Source of the DNA: Octopus vulgaris
Lineage: Eukaryota
NCBI GenBank assembly: GCA_951406725.2
Contig: OX597827.1
Span: forward strand, 19,468,001 to 19,532,000
Direction: 5' to 3'
Length of the DNA: 64,000 nucleotides
In this document: positions 13,371 to 25,472 of the stretch, piece after piece
Numbering within the stretch: the first letter of the stretch is position 1
How the letters are laid out: each line of letters starts with the position of its first letter
Position numbers and translations under genes: made by a program
Notes under the pieces: generated by a model
The model's database searches: none
What the model was told of the DNA's origin: nothing
The model's input: the letters and a program-made list of their open reading frames with translations, nothing else

Positions 13371-14150
13371 TTATTATTATTATTATTTTTCTCTTTATCA
13401 CAGGTTTTGTTGGAGCTCTTGGAGTCTTGCATGTATAATGGGCTTACTACCTGCAGCTTACAGTACCATGCTATTTGTTCTTTTCAGCTAACTAATACTT
13501 TCCTGATTATTCTGGCAGTGCCAAGGAGGCAAACCTTTTGTTACAGTTCTGCTGGGCTCTCAATTCCAATTTCCTTTATATTCCCTTTGATGCCTTCTGA
13601 TACTGTTCCCAAGAACCTAATTTGGTACTGTCTTCACCTTCTTAATTTTCCATAGCCGGGCTATTTTGTACTTAAGAAGATTGTATCTATCTATCTTTTT
13701 ACCTTCCTTCTTGACTATTCGTGGGTCAAAGGGACAAGCAACATCAACTACATAGCATATGTGGTGCATCTTGTCGACCACCACAAAGTCCGGTCTGTTA
13801 TGCTCTAGCACCTGATCTGTTTGGATTGGGAAATCCTAGAGGATTTTGCTAGTCTCTGACTCCATCACTCTCTGTGGTTTGTTCTCATACCACATCTTGC
13901 CTCACTCTAGCCCCCACTTTTCGCACAGTTTCCAAGGTAGCACTTTCCCTGCATGGTGGTGTTGCCACAACTTGTGGTTTGGGCAAGTCTAAGGCATTTG
14001 TTCATGATATGGACAATGGTTTCATCCACTCTATTACAGATGCAGCACAGCAGAGACACTTGCTCATTCCTCTAATGCCTAAATTTAGAACACACCACTC
14101 GGAGATTTTTCATGCGTATGACAGTATATCTCTCTCTTTGGTGTGCAAGA
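13371..14150 (-). mobile_element. Dong/R4-clade LINE 3' fragment (restriction-like endonuclease) ending in (TAA)n
   Basis: EHNRPDFVVVDK..CYVVDVACPFD...KIDRY..LK.KIARLW. A second fragment lies at ~16150-16680 (-), also adjacent to TTA repeats. Confidence 0.8.
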
Positions 14151-14329
14151 GAGTTGAGACACAGAGCTTTTAGACATTTCCAATAATTACTGGTGAAATT
14201 TTTTTTTAGCCCTTCAATTTCTTCTTTAAGACTGGATGAGTCTGGAGATCAAAGCTGTGAGCAGTCTTCTACTCTGCTCAGAACAAAGGTTTTCCACTGA
14301 GTCAGCATAACTGCCAGTACTCTTATCAC

Positions 14330-14925
14330 AAAGGTTCACAGGCTCCATCCTATGAAAAGTCTGCATTTAGAGGAGGTCAGTTTAGCAATGTGGCTGATGA
14401 AAGATACCTCGTTTGACCTACTTACTCCTAAGTCCTGTATGTAATTAGCGCTCTGAATCATTGTGTTACCTGGCCTCAAATATTGTATTTGGTGTACATT
14501 TCCCCCATAATGAAGAACTTGAAATTTTGATGTATTAAATTTCATATATTTTTTTTTTATCTGTGCTTTGATAAATGAGGTTTAGCTCATTTCGGAGTGT
14601 GACAGCTTCTTCTGAAATTTGGATGGCCATCGATATTTTTGTGTCACTGGCATAGTTTATCACATTGGCTGAGTGCCCTTGCGAACTTATATCTGATAGG
14701 CAATGATAAATAATAATAGTCCTAGAACTGTGCGCTGAGACATACCACTTATTACAAGTGACCTAGCAGAAAAAAAAGCCATTTGCTGCAACAGATTGAT
14801 TCTTACTCTTTAAGGAGTCAAAGAACCATTCTCAGAGTTTTCGTGTGGTACCAAGATCCCTTAACTTATAACAGATGATTTCATGATCAATGTTATCAAA
14901 TACTTCAGCAAAGTTTATATACAGT
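14330..14925 (-). mobile_element. Decayed CR1/L2-group LINE RT fragment
   Basis: MKFNTSKFQVLHYG...IQDLGV, plus degenerate YA.DT and FD..DH motifs. Confidence 0.7.
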
Positions 14926-16777
14926 TAGCATACACAAACAAAACACATATACTATGTGACATTAATAATGTTTAGATTATCAGGATGTTGCTTTTCGCAA
15001 TTCGAAAATTGTGGCTAAGCGAGCAGGCCAACAGAAGAAAGAGTGGTGAAAGAGTACAGCAGGGGTCACCAACCCCTGCCGGAGCCTTGTGGAGCTTTTT
15101 AGGTGTTTTCGCTCAATAAACACACACAACGCCCGGTCTGGGAATCGAAACTGCGAGTCCGCTGCCCTAACCACTGGGCCATTGTGCCTCCACACATATA
15201 CTATGTGACATTAATAATGTTTAGATTATCAGTTGCTTTTAATTCAAAATTTATATATATATACTCTTTTTTTCTTGTTTCAGTCATTTGACTGTGGCCA
15301 AGCTGGGGCACTGCCTTTTAGTCGAGCAAATCAACCCCAGAACTTATTCTTTGTAAGCCTAGTACTTATTCTATCGGTCTCTTTTGCCGATCCGCTAAGT
15401 TACGGGGACATAAACACACCAGCATCGGTTGTCAAGCGATGTTGAGAGGACAAACACAGATACACACACAACACACACATATATATATATACATATATAT
15501 GACTGGCTTCTTTCAGTTTCCATCTACCAAAGCCACTCACAAGGCTTTGGTCAGCCCGAGCTATAGTAGAAGACACTTGCCCAAGGAGCCATACAGTGGG
15601 ACTGAACCTGGAACCATGTGGTTCATAAGCAAGCTACTTTCTACACAGCCACTCCTGCGCCTATATATATATATATATATATATATCATCATCATCATCA
15701 TATGTCCGTTTTCCATGCTGGCAGGAGTTGGACAGTTTGACTGAGGTCAGGAAAGCCAGCAGCTGCACTAGGCTCCAATCTGATGTAGCAATGTTTCTCA
15801 GCTGGATGCCTTTCCTAACACCAACCACTCTGAGAATATAATGGGTGCTTTTTATGTGCCACCAGCACAGGAGCCAGTCAGGTGGGCCTAGCATCGATCA
15901 TGTTTGGATAGTACTTTTTACATGCCACCAGCACGGGAGCCAGTCAGGGGGCACTGGCAGATGGTGCTTTTTATGTGAATCAAAGGGCCTTAGGGTTAAC
16001 CTAGCAAAAACCAAAGTCTTAGAAAGCAGGAATGCTGAAAAATCACAAACCCCTTCAGGTAGACAGCCCTGCTTGATCTATAGAAAACGTGTGGGTTGAA
16101 ACTCCATAAGATGTACCCAGTGTATTATTATTATTATCATCATCATCATCATCATTATCATTATTATTATATGAAAACTCAGAGCTTATTTTGCTTGGTA
16201 TGATGGAAAGTGTCAGCTGCCCACAGCCAGCAGACTAAGGTGACATTTACTAGTCATGCTTCAAGAGCCTTTCAAATAATTCTTGCACTTCCAAGCAATG
16301 CTGGGTTTTTGTAGGTGTTCTACCTTCTCACTTCCACCAATTTTTTCCAACCATGTTGGTAGTTGAGTGCTAATACGTCCAAGTGCACCAATTACTATTG
16401 GTATCACGTTTACTCTTTTCATTGACCACAACCTTTGTTTTCCCCACTTTAAATTGTTGTAGTTTATTTTTTTTTATTCTTCTTTCACATCAATCTTCAC
16501 CAGGGCATACTATGTCGATGATCATACATGTTCTTACTTTTTTATTCCCCACAACAATGTCCAGTTCCCTATGGTTGGTCAGGTGATCATACTGGATCAT
16601 TACATCCCACAGGATTTTGCAGTTCTCATTTTCGACTCCTTCTGGGGTTTTTTCATACCACATCTTTGCTCTTTGTAAACCATGATTTCCACAGAAATTA
16701 TCGTCATCATCATCATCATCATTATTATTATTATTATTATTATCATCATCATTATTATTATCATTATTATTATTATT

Positions 16778-17151
16778 ATTACCTCTGCCTTAGCAAAGGT
16801 GGAAGTATTGTTTTCAGTTGTGTTTGTTTGTTTGTTTGTTTGTCCATGGACAAGATATCTCAAGAACTGCCGGATGGATTCAGGTGAAACTTTCAGGGAT
16901 GTTTGGCCTCGTGACTGGCATGAACTGATTAGATTTTGAGATCGCTCCAGTACTGGACAAGGATTCTGGATTACTTTTCCATTTTTTTTACTTAATTTTT
17001 GTGAGCAGTCGGGTTCATTTTTAGTATTCTTGCTTGTGAGAGCAGGTGAGTTTATTTCAGATATTCTCATTCTAAAAATCATCTCTGGCTAATCGTTGAA
17101 AGGACATAGGTGTTGCCTTGGCAGAGGTTTGCGCTCTGTGAGTGCTCTTGT
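16778..17151 (+). mobile_element. Helentron-associated (HINE/DINE-1-like) element
   Basis: Subterminal IR ACCTCTGCC/GGCAGAGGT, (GTTT)n microsatellite, 3' hairpin GCGCTC-TGT-GAGTGC, T-rich flanks. Confidence 0.75.
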
Positions 17152-17959
17152 TGTTGTTATTATTTATTTATTTATTCAGTTATATATTTGTTTATTTACC
17201 TATAAAACTTCATTTATTTCCATGCTGTATGTTATAGTAAAGTTAAGAAATCCAAATTCTGAATTCTGCTTTCTTCTCCCATAGCTTCAATTCCCAAAAA
17301 TTTCATCTCTTTGTTGCCCACTTTATTTTATCTTGCTTATATTATGTTTGTATCCTTGCTTTTTCCATGCTATATGTTAAACAGTGGCTTTTGCTTTGTT
17401 TGTTTTGATATTTTACATGGCTTTACCTAGAGAATAGGGCAGCCACGATGTTTGGTCATCCGTGGTGCAAGCACCCACCAAACCCACCCCCAACACTTGC
17501 AACAGAAGTCTTTCTCCTTGACAAAAAGTTAGTGAAGCACTAAGAGCACACAGGAATTAGATTCTCCCAAATGCCCAGGAGGCTCTCTTGAGGTTGAAGA
17601 TAGTTTCTGTTACCTAGGTGACCAAATTAGCAATGGTGGAGGATGCTCTGAAAGTATTGTCTCTAGAATAAGAATAGGGTGGAGGAAGTTCAGAGAGCCA
17701 GTGGCACTTAATAAGCACCCAGCACACACTGTTAAGTGGTTGGTGTTAGGAAGGGCATCCAGCTGTAGAAATTATGCCATAACAGACAGTTGGAGTCTGG
17801 GTAGCTCCCTGCTAACCAGCTCTATGTCAAACCGTCCAACCCATGCCAACATGAAAAGCAGATGTTAAATGATAATGATGATGATGACATACATACATAT
17901 TCTCCTTTTTCTTGTTTCAGTCATTTGACTGTGGCTATGCTGGAGCACTGCCTTTAATA

Positions 17960-20360
17960 CATCATCATCGTTTAATATCTGTCTTCCATACTGGCATGAG
18001 CTGGCCAGACAGAAGACTTCCGTAACTGTTTTGGCAGGATTTTTACAGCTGGATGCCCTTCCTAACACCAACCACTCACCTGAGTGGACTGAGTGCTTTT
18101 TATGTGGCACAAGCACAGGTGAGGTCAGTTTTGGCAAGGTTTTTACAGCTGGATGCCCTTCCTAACACCAACCACTCACCTGAGTGGACTGAGTGCTTTT
18201 TATGTGGCACAAGCACAGGTGAGGTCAGTTTTGGCAAGGTTTTTACAGCTGGATGCCCTTCCTAACACCAACCACTCACCTGAGTGGACTGAGTGCTTTT
18301 TATGTGGCACAAGCACAGGTGAGGTCAGTTTTGGCAAGGTTTTTACAGTTGGATGCCCTTCTAAATGCCAAATACTTTACATTGTGGACTGGGTGCTTTT
18401 AAGTGACACCTGCACTGACAAGGTCACTAAATACTTACAAGACAAAAAGAAAAAAAAAACTCTTTTGAGAGGGGAGGGGCATTGGTGGAGGTGATCTTGG
18501 GTCGGATGATGAAAGGTTATAGTGAGACAGAGAGACAGAAACAGGTGTCTTGCTGCAGAGGAGATACAAAGTTACCTGGCTGGAGAGAGAGAGAGAGAGA
18601 TCAGTAATGAAGACAGAAACAGGTGCACTGCCACAAAGGAAATATATGATTAGGCAACCTGAGGGAAGTGAAGGAGAAGGATAGAGAGAGAGAGGGAGAC
18701 AGCAGGATAGAGATGGTGGCAAAGTGATGGGCACACTCACAAGGGACAAGGATCAGAATATAAATGGGATGACTGAGTAAAGAAGAAAGAGCTATAGACA
18801 GTGGGAAGTGCCACTGTAATCCCTTGAGGTTTGAATGCTACAAGTGGCAGGATATTGTGAAGAAAGCATGATTAAAGCGTGCGGAGGGGGGTGAGTGGCG
18901 AAAATCTGGGTATGTATAGATTCAGGGGACTATTGGATAGCAATGATACAGAGGAACAGGGCTGTGAGGACAGGATTGGGAAGTGAAAGGTAGGCATAGT
19001 GTAAGAAGGAGGAAATGTGAAGAAGAGAAGAGATGTAGATTGGTTTGTTGGGGTAGGGTGTGTGAAAAGATTTGCTATGTGTTGTTGGAACCCACAGGTC
19101 AGGGGCTGGCGGAGAGCAATGATACAGTGGGATGGGGCTGTGAGGACAGGATTGGGGAGCGAAAGGTAGGCATAATGTATGAAGGAGGAAATGTGAAGAA
19201 GAGAAGAGATGTAGATTGGTTTGTTGGGGTAGGGTGAGTGAAAAGATTTGCTATGTGTGGTTGGAACCCACAGGTCAGGGGCTGACGGAGAGCAATGATA
19301 CAGTGGGACGGGGCCAAGAGGACAGGATTGGGGGTGAGAGTGGGAGGTAAGCATTGTGCATGAAAGAGGAAATGTGAGTAAGAGAAGATATGTAGTTTGG
19401 TTTTTTGTGGTAGGGTGTGTGAGAAGTTTTCTTAAGTGTGGGTGGGACACAGTGCTTTTAGAACTCAGTTTTGCTGATGTGGACAGGTCTTCTCAAGAAC
19501 TTCATGTTGCCAGACATCTCACCATTTCCTCCATGAGGCCCAACATCCTGTGATCAGACCTTACCACTTCATCTCATGTCTTCCTGGGCCTCCCTCTTCC
19601 ATGGGTACCATCCACTTTCAGTGATCAGCACTTCTTTATGCAGCTGTCCCCATTCATACACATCACATGTCCAAACCAATATTGTCTTCTCTCTTGCTTG
19701 CTACATTTGATTCCTCTTATGCCCAACTTTTCTCTCAATACATTTGCACTTTGCTGTACATGTGTACATCAAATGGAGCATACTACCTTCGTTTCTCTCC
19801 AGTCTATGCATGTCTTCTGCATTCAGAGCCCATGTCTCACTACCATGGAGTATAGCCATTTGTACACAAACATCATATAGTCTACCTTTCATTCTGAGAG
19901 AGAGTTCTTTTGTTGCCAACAGAGGTAATAGCTCTCTGAACTTCCTCCACCCTATTCTTATTCTAGAAACAATACTTTCAGAGCATCCTCCACCATTGCT
20001 AATTTGGTCATCTAGGTAACAGAAACTATCTTCAACCTCAAGAGAGCCTCCTGGGCATTTGGGAGAATCTAATTCCTGTGTGCTCTTAGTGATTATTGTT
20101 CCTGCACATCTGCCACATACAAAGATGACTTTATCTGTTAATCTACCTGTGATTCCACTGAATCTCTTCTCTTTACTCTGGCTACAACAGATGGAATTTC
20201 TTCCAACCCCTTTCCTACATACTGAGCAGGGCCCTTTACCTGATTGAGAGTTTTATCTTCTTTCTTACTAACAACGAGTTTTGTTTTTGCTAGGTTAACT
20301 TTAAGGTTCTTTGATTCCAGGTTTTGTTTCTCTACCTGGAATTTCTTTTCCAATTCTGCT
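17960..20360 (-). mobile_element. Older RTE element, RT-to-tail, with 100-bp (x3.3, ~18030-18365) and 176-bp (x~3, ~18939-19450) tandem arrays in its 3'UTR
   Basis: LKVNLAKTK, LSLRMKGRLYD.CV..AILHGSETW motifs; repeats counted by eye. Confidence 0.8.
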
Positions 20361-20380
20361 AATACATACATACATATATA

Positions 20381-20429
<49 letters not shown>

Positions 20430-20785
20430 TTTATTAATAAAGCTGCAACAACATCACAAAAACTTACTCAGTTTCACGTTCCTGTTCATTGGACTGACGA
20501 AGGAGAATGTGAAACTCTGAGTAACAGCTTTTGTGATGTCTTTGCAGCTTTATCAGTATAGCATATTACTCTACCTCTGGTATTCAAGTACTATTTTTTC
20601 CACCTTGTTTCATATTTATGTCCTTACTCTGGTATATATTTATATATGTATATGCAAACACACACACCTGCATATATGTATACATAGAAATATGTGTGTG
20701 TGTGTGTGTATTTGTATAATTTGTGGTACTTGAACTTAACAAAAAAATTATGTTAACTCTTCTCTCTCTGCCATTTCTTTTGCAG

Positions 20786-20877
20786 AAGATAATGAAGACG
20801 ACATAGCTCCTACATATGAAGTTGTTAAAGCCCTTTTTGATTTTAAAGGAATAGCTGAAGATGAGCTGTCATTTGAG
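20786..20877 (+). CDS. Multi-SH3 adaptor, penultimate exon (first half of last SH3)
   Basis: tgcAG acceptor, phase 1 matching the previous exon. (E)DNEDDIAPTYEVVKALFDFKGIAEDELSFE, then GTAAG donor. Confidence 0.9.
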
Positions 20878-21444
20878 GTAAGTGTTTATGGACAGGGTAG
20901 GTGTAGGAAGGGCAGGGAAACAGTTATTCATAGGTTTGGATATGATTTAAATATCAACGAGACAAGTGACCCAGCTATAAATATATATTTGTACATATGT
21001 ATACTGCGTTAATTCATCATTCCTATTTCACTGTTATTATTGGTTTGACAGGTGGAGGCACAATGGCCCAGTGGTTAGGGCAGTGGACTTGCGGTCGGAG
21101 GATCGCGGTTTCGATTCCCAGACCGGGCATTGTGAGTGTTTATTGAGCGAAAACACCTAAAAGCTCCACGAGGCTCCGGCAGGGGGTAGTGGCGACCCCT
21201 GTTGTACTCTAAGAAAATTCCGCCGAGGTAGACTTTGCCTTTCATCCTTTCGGGGTCGATAAATTAAGTACCAGTTACGCACTGGGGTCGATATAATCGA
21301 TTTAATCCGTTTGTCCTCTCTGTGTTTAGCCCCTTGTGGGTAGTAAAGAAATATATTATTGGTTTGACAAGTTCTGTAATACAACCATCTTCCTTACAAT
21401 TCAGCTTTCGATGTGTCATCCTCCTCCTCCTCCTCATCATCATC

Positions 21445-22325
21445 ATTTAACATCTGAGTTAGGGGTAGATGAATGGCTTGTGAAAGTAGTACAAATCATG
21501 AGAAGGGGTGTTGTTAGTAAGGTAAGAATTAGCCATGAGTACAGGTAGGTGTTGTTGAGGACTTGGTACTCAGCCCATTTCTATTCATCATCATCCTCCA
21601 GGCCTTACAGAAGAATTTAAGACTGGAAGCCCATGGGAACAACTATATGCTGATAATCTTGTTCTCATAGCAGGAACTATAACAGAACTAGAAAAGAAAT
21701 TCCAGGTGTGGAAACAAAACCTGCAATCAAAAGTTAACTTAGCAAAGACCAAGGTCCTAGTAAACAAGAAATCAGACAGCACCTGTCACCCTTCTAGTAA
21801 ATGGCCCTGCTCAATATGTAGGAAGGGTGGAGGCAGAAATTCCATTCAGTGTACCCAGTGCAAGCTATGGCCACACAAGAGGTGCAGTGGAATAGTAAGA
21901 AGGTTAACGGAGAAAGTATTGTTTGTATGTGGAAAGTGTATGGGAGCCATAAAGTCCACAGATACACAAGAAATTGATTTCCTCAAATGTCCTGGAGGTT
22001 ACCTAGGTAGACTAATTAGCAGTGCAAGAGGATGTATCGAAAGTGTAATTGCTAGAATAAGAATAGGATGGAGAAAGTTCAGAGAGTTTTTACCTCAGTT
22101 GGCAACCAAAGGTCTCTCTCTCTGAGTGAAGGGAAATTGTAAGATGCATGTGTAGGAACTGCAATGGTAGTGAAATGTGTGCCCTGAATGTGGAGGACAA
22201 GCAAAAGCTGGAGAGAAATGAAGCTGGTATTCTCCACTGGATGTGCAATGACAGTGTGCACGAGTGACAGAGCACTGACAATGGTACATTGAGAGAAAAG
22301 TGAGGCATAAGAGGAATTATACGCA
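21445..22325 (+). mobile_element. Decayed RTE RT fragment (related pieces at ~26050-27030)
   Basis: PWEQLYADNL, KVNLAKTKVL, WPCSICRKG.GRNSIQCTQCKLW.HKRCSG. Confidence 0.8.
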
Positions 22326-22445
22326 GATGTGTGTATATATATATATATAAACTCTGTTGTGTCTGGGGAGAGTCATTTTCTTTTTGTGCCTTATAATGTA
22401 ACACACTCACCAGTAAAATTTCCACTTATTTCTTATTTCTATTTT

Positions 22446-22485
22446 CCTAAAATTTTCGTTGCATCTTGCAACCTTTTCAATAGTC
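22446..22485 (-). ncRNA. Hammerhead-like motif with U3/A8 core covariation
   Basis: Minus strand reads CTA-TTGAAAA-g-GTTGCA-aga-TGCAAC-GAAA-AT-TT^-TAG. Lies inside a 157-bp element with 23-bp inverted ends (22353-22375 / 22487-22509). Confidence 0.5.
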
Positions 22486-22574
22486 TTGACTCTCCCCAGA
22501 CACAACAGAATATGCTTCAACACACAAACTCATATAAAGAATCTTGCAAACCAAATCCCAAAACGAAATATATG

Positions 22575-22616
<42 letters not shown>

Positions 22617-23535
22617 ATACAAGGGTGGCTTCTTAGCAATTTTGCAACCCAAAGTCAGAAATATATACGTCACTAAAGTGACTAAGGGCACTAGTGAGCA
22701 CCATTGTTGCTAGAAATAAGAGTCAAAACAACTCATAGCCACTAGAAAGTGCTTATCTTAATGACTGACAAGAGAGGCGGGCTCCCTACTGCATCCAGGC
22801 ATAGCCAGATCATCAGTGATTTCACATATTTATTAATGCTCCTCAGTAGCTCCCACCGGGCACTTAAGGTTAAACTCAACTCACCTTGTCAGTTTATAAG
22901 ATTACCGTAGAAATCAAATGCAGATTTCATAAATGGTAAAAGTGAAAATTAGTTCTTTACTATACACAGAATATGAGAACTAACTGTCTTAACTTCCACT
23001 TTTCAATTTTTATTTCCTAATTCTTGACTTTGAATTTTTAATATTTGATAAGATGGACATACACTGTGAAATATTTCATAAAAGTCACTCAATGTAACAT
23101 TTACGAAAATACTTATCCTATCCAATTAAAGGAAAAGCAAAATGAATCATCATCATCATCATCATCATCGTTTAACGTCCGTTTTCCGTGCTAGCACGTG
23201 TTGGACAGTTCGACCGGGGTCTGGGAAGCCAGATGGCTGCACCAGGCTCCAGTCTGATCTGGCAGTGTTTCTACAGCTGGATGCCCTTCCTAACGCCAAC
23301 CACTCCGTGAGTGTAGTGGGTGCTTTTTACGTGCCACCGGCACAGGTGCCAGGGGAGGCTGGCAGCATCCATGATCGGTTGGTGCTTTTTACGTGCCACC
23401 AGCCACCAGCACAAACATACTTCCATGCTGTTCTCACTTTACTTTTACTTTTTATCTATAGCCTTTGATTTTCATGGATTCTTAACACCTTTTCAGCTAA
23501 AATCTGAGACATACATTTTCTTCTGTTTTTTCTAG

Positions 23536-23661
23536 GCTGGTGATCTGATTTTCTGTCTTGGTGAAGTGAAGAGCTGTCCCGGCTGGAGTCAAGGAACTCT
23601 CAATTCTCAGACTGGAATTTTTCCAACTAATTTTGTATCAGCCCCTATTTCAAACCCCTGA
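23536..23661 (+). CDS. Multi-SH3 adaptor, terminal coding exon (second half of last SH3, stop TGA)
   Basis: ttctAG acceptor, phase 0. AGDLIFCLGEVKSCPGWSQGTLNSQTGIFPTNFVSAPISNP* completes the SH3 domain. Confidence 0.9.
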   Translation, partial: AGDLIFCLGEVKSCPGWSQGTLNSQTGIFPTNFVSAPISNP

Positions 23662-23737
23662 TACAACTTTTTTCCTTTGTGACCCCTACATACTCAAAGA
23701 GAAAAGACTTATAAAGAATTATACACTTCCCTCTCCC

Positions 23738-24110
23738 AATAAAATTCTAATGATCAATAGAATGAAATTACTAGACACACACACATGCACTCACACACAC
23801 ACACACACACACATATTATGAACTGGCAGCTTAGAATTTATTATTCTACAGTAAGTGACCTTTTTGTCTTTTTGTGTATGTTTTTTTTTACTAAATTTTT
23901 CTTTGTCTTCCATTCATTATTTTTTTCTTTTTTCTCTGTATTCTTAACCTTAGAATCCTGCAGTTAAGATTCATCACACAAACACCCTTCTTCACCCTCT
24001 ACTTTTGTGTATCTTTTTTTTTGTCCTTTATTCTATTTCCTTTTTTTTTTTTATTTTGTAGCCTTTTTACTTTTGCACCCTTTCTACCCTTTTTCTCTAT
24101 CTCACTCTTG

Positions 24111-24141
<31 letters not shown>

Positions 24142-24991
24142 TCTCTAGTATCAGCATCAAGCAGTGTTTTGGCATAAGTGAACTTTAGGTTAGTTAAAAT
24201 ATGTTTGTGACATATTTCAACCTTTAAAGGCAAATTTACTGCAGTTACCATGGATAAAAAAGTTCTGTCTTATGGTATAAAGATGTAAACACTCCGTATT
24301 TATTCAATGCTATCTCCTGTTAGATTCTCAGATGTGTTTCTAGCTCTTTAGCCATTATCAATGGGAAATACCAAAGAGAGGCAACTCTGGACAGACTTAA
24401 TTAAAGCCATAGCTTTTGCTGAATTTCTTCCAACCTGGTGGTCTAATAACACAACCCAGTCAATGCTGTTGATTGTGTTTTTGTTAAAGCTACAGCTTTA
24501 ATTATGTATGTCCAGAGTTGCCTCTCTTTGGTATTTTCCATTGATAATGGTGTAACAGCCAGAAATGCATCTGGAAATCTGACATTAGGCAGCACTGACA
24601 GATATGGTATCTTTACATCTTTTATCATAAGAGAGAATTTTTTCTCCATGGTAACTGCAGTGCATTTGCCTTTAGAAGTCGAAATATGTCAAACATATTT
24701 TACCTCACCTAAATTTCTCATTTATATGTAGGTTTTACTTTTACTATTCCTCTTTCTTTTATATTTCCTTCTTCCTTCTCCATCTCTACAATAGCTGCTC
24801 CCGTGTCTATGGTTCACCTTTATAATTCTCACCTACTTCACTATAATAAATAAATAGCCCCTCCCACCTTCTCTGATTACACTTAAGCTTCACAATTTGT
24901 TAGGTTTGATTCTCATTTCTCTTCTACTCTGTTGTTGACATATTCTATAAAAGTATTATACAGAATATGGAATTTAAAATATTTAAATAAA
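23738..24991 (+). terminator. Candidate alternative polyadenylation signals of the SH3 gene (AATAAA at 23738, 24845, 24986)
   Basis: AATAAA hexamers downstream of the stop. The 24986 site is followed by a GT/T-rich tract. Usage is not demonstrable from sequence. Confidence 0.4.
24174..24725. repeat. Long imperfect inverted repeat (arms 24174-24416 and 24486-24725)
   Basis: Arms are reverse complements at roughly 80% by eye, including a 42-nt stretch with only one G.U pair. Confidence 0.9.
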
Positions 24992-25036
24992 AAATATAAA
25001 CAAAAATGGTAGTCTTTGTTATTTTGAAATTTATAT

Positions 25037-25472
25037 TAGTGGTTAGCCATACTGAGATGGCAAATATACCTCACATTGTTGTGCAGTTACTGTTTATACC
25101 TCGTTCAGAGATTTATTGTTGCTTGCATACAGTTTTTCAAGATCAGTGGTGAAAAGTTACTGGAAAAATGATATAAATATTTGCATTGGGACCCCTTTCA
25201 TCGAAAACCAGTGATTGTCGTACGCTGATGACAGGTCAATACCTAGAAACTGCAGTCCGTGCGTATCACTTAGGTTGACGAGGGAAGGATGACCTCACTT
25301 TGCAAATACCGATAGGGCACAGAAAGTGTGCCTGTAGCCAGCTGGAGGCGATGGTCTCCTGGGGCTACAAGCTACAGTAACACCCAACCTTAGTGGTTAG
25401 CCATATTGAGATGGCAAATATGCCTCACATTGTCGTGCAGTTACTGTTTATACCTCGTTCAGAGATTTATTA
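25037..25472 (+). mobile_element. Retrozyme-like non-autonomous retroelement (354-nt unit, 82-nt terminal redundancy, 13-bp TSD)
   Basis: TTGAAATTTATAT at 25024-25036 and 25473-25485. Direct repeat 25037-25118 vs 25391-25472. Hammerhead motif in the middle; no ORF. Confidence 0.7.
25219..25263 (+). ncRNA. Minimal type I hammerhead ribozyme motif
   Basis: CGTACG-CTGATGA-c-AGGT-caat-ACCT-a-GAAA-C-TGCA-G-TC^-CGTGCG: intact core, 6-bp stem I, 4-bp stem II, palindromic stem III. Confidence 0.75.

Noticed and set aside
16682-16780. Poly-Ile/His/Tyr ORFs
   Set aside because: (ATT/ATC)n microsatellite.
20494-20532. CTGACGA...CTCT-GAGTAACAGCT hammerhead-like remnant
   Set aside because: The GAAA box is disrupted and stem I is not evident; too degenerate to call.
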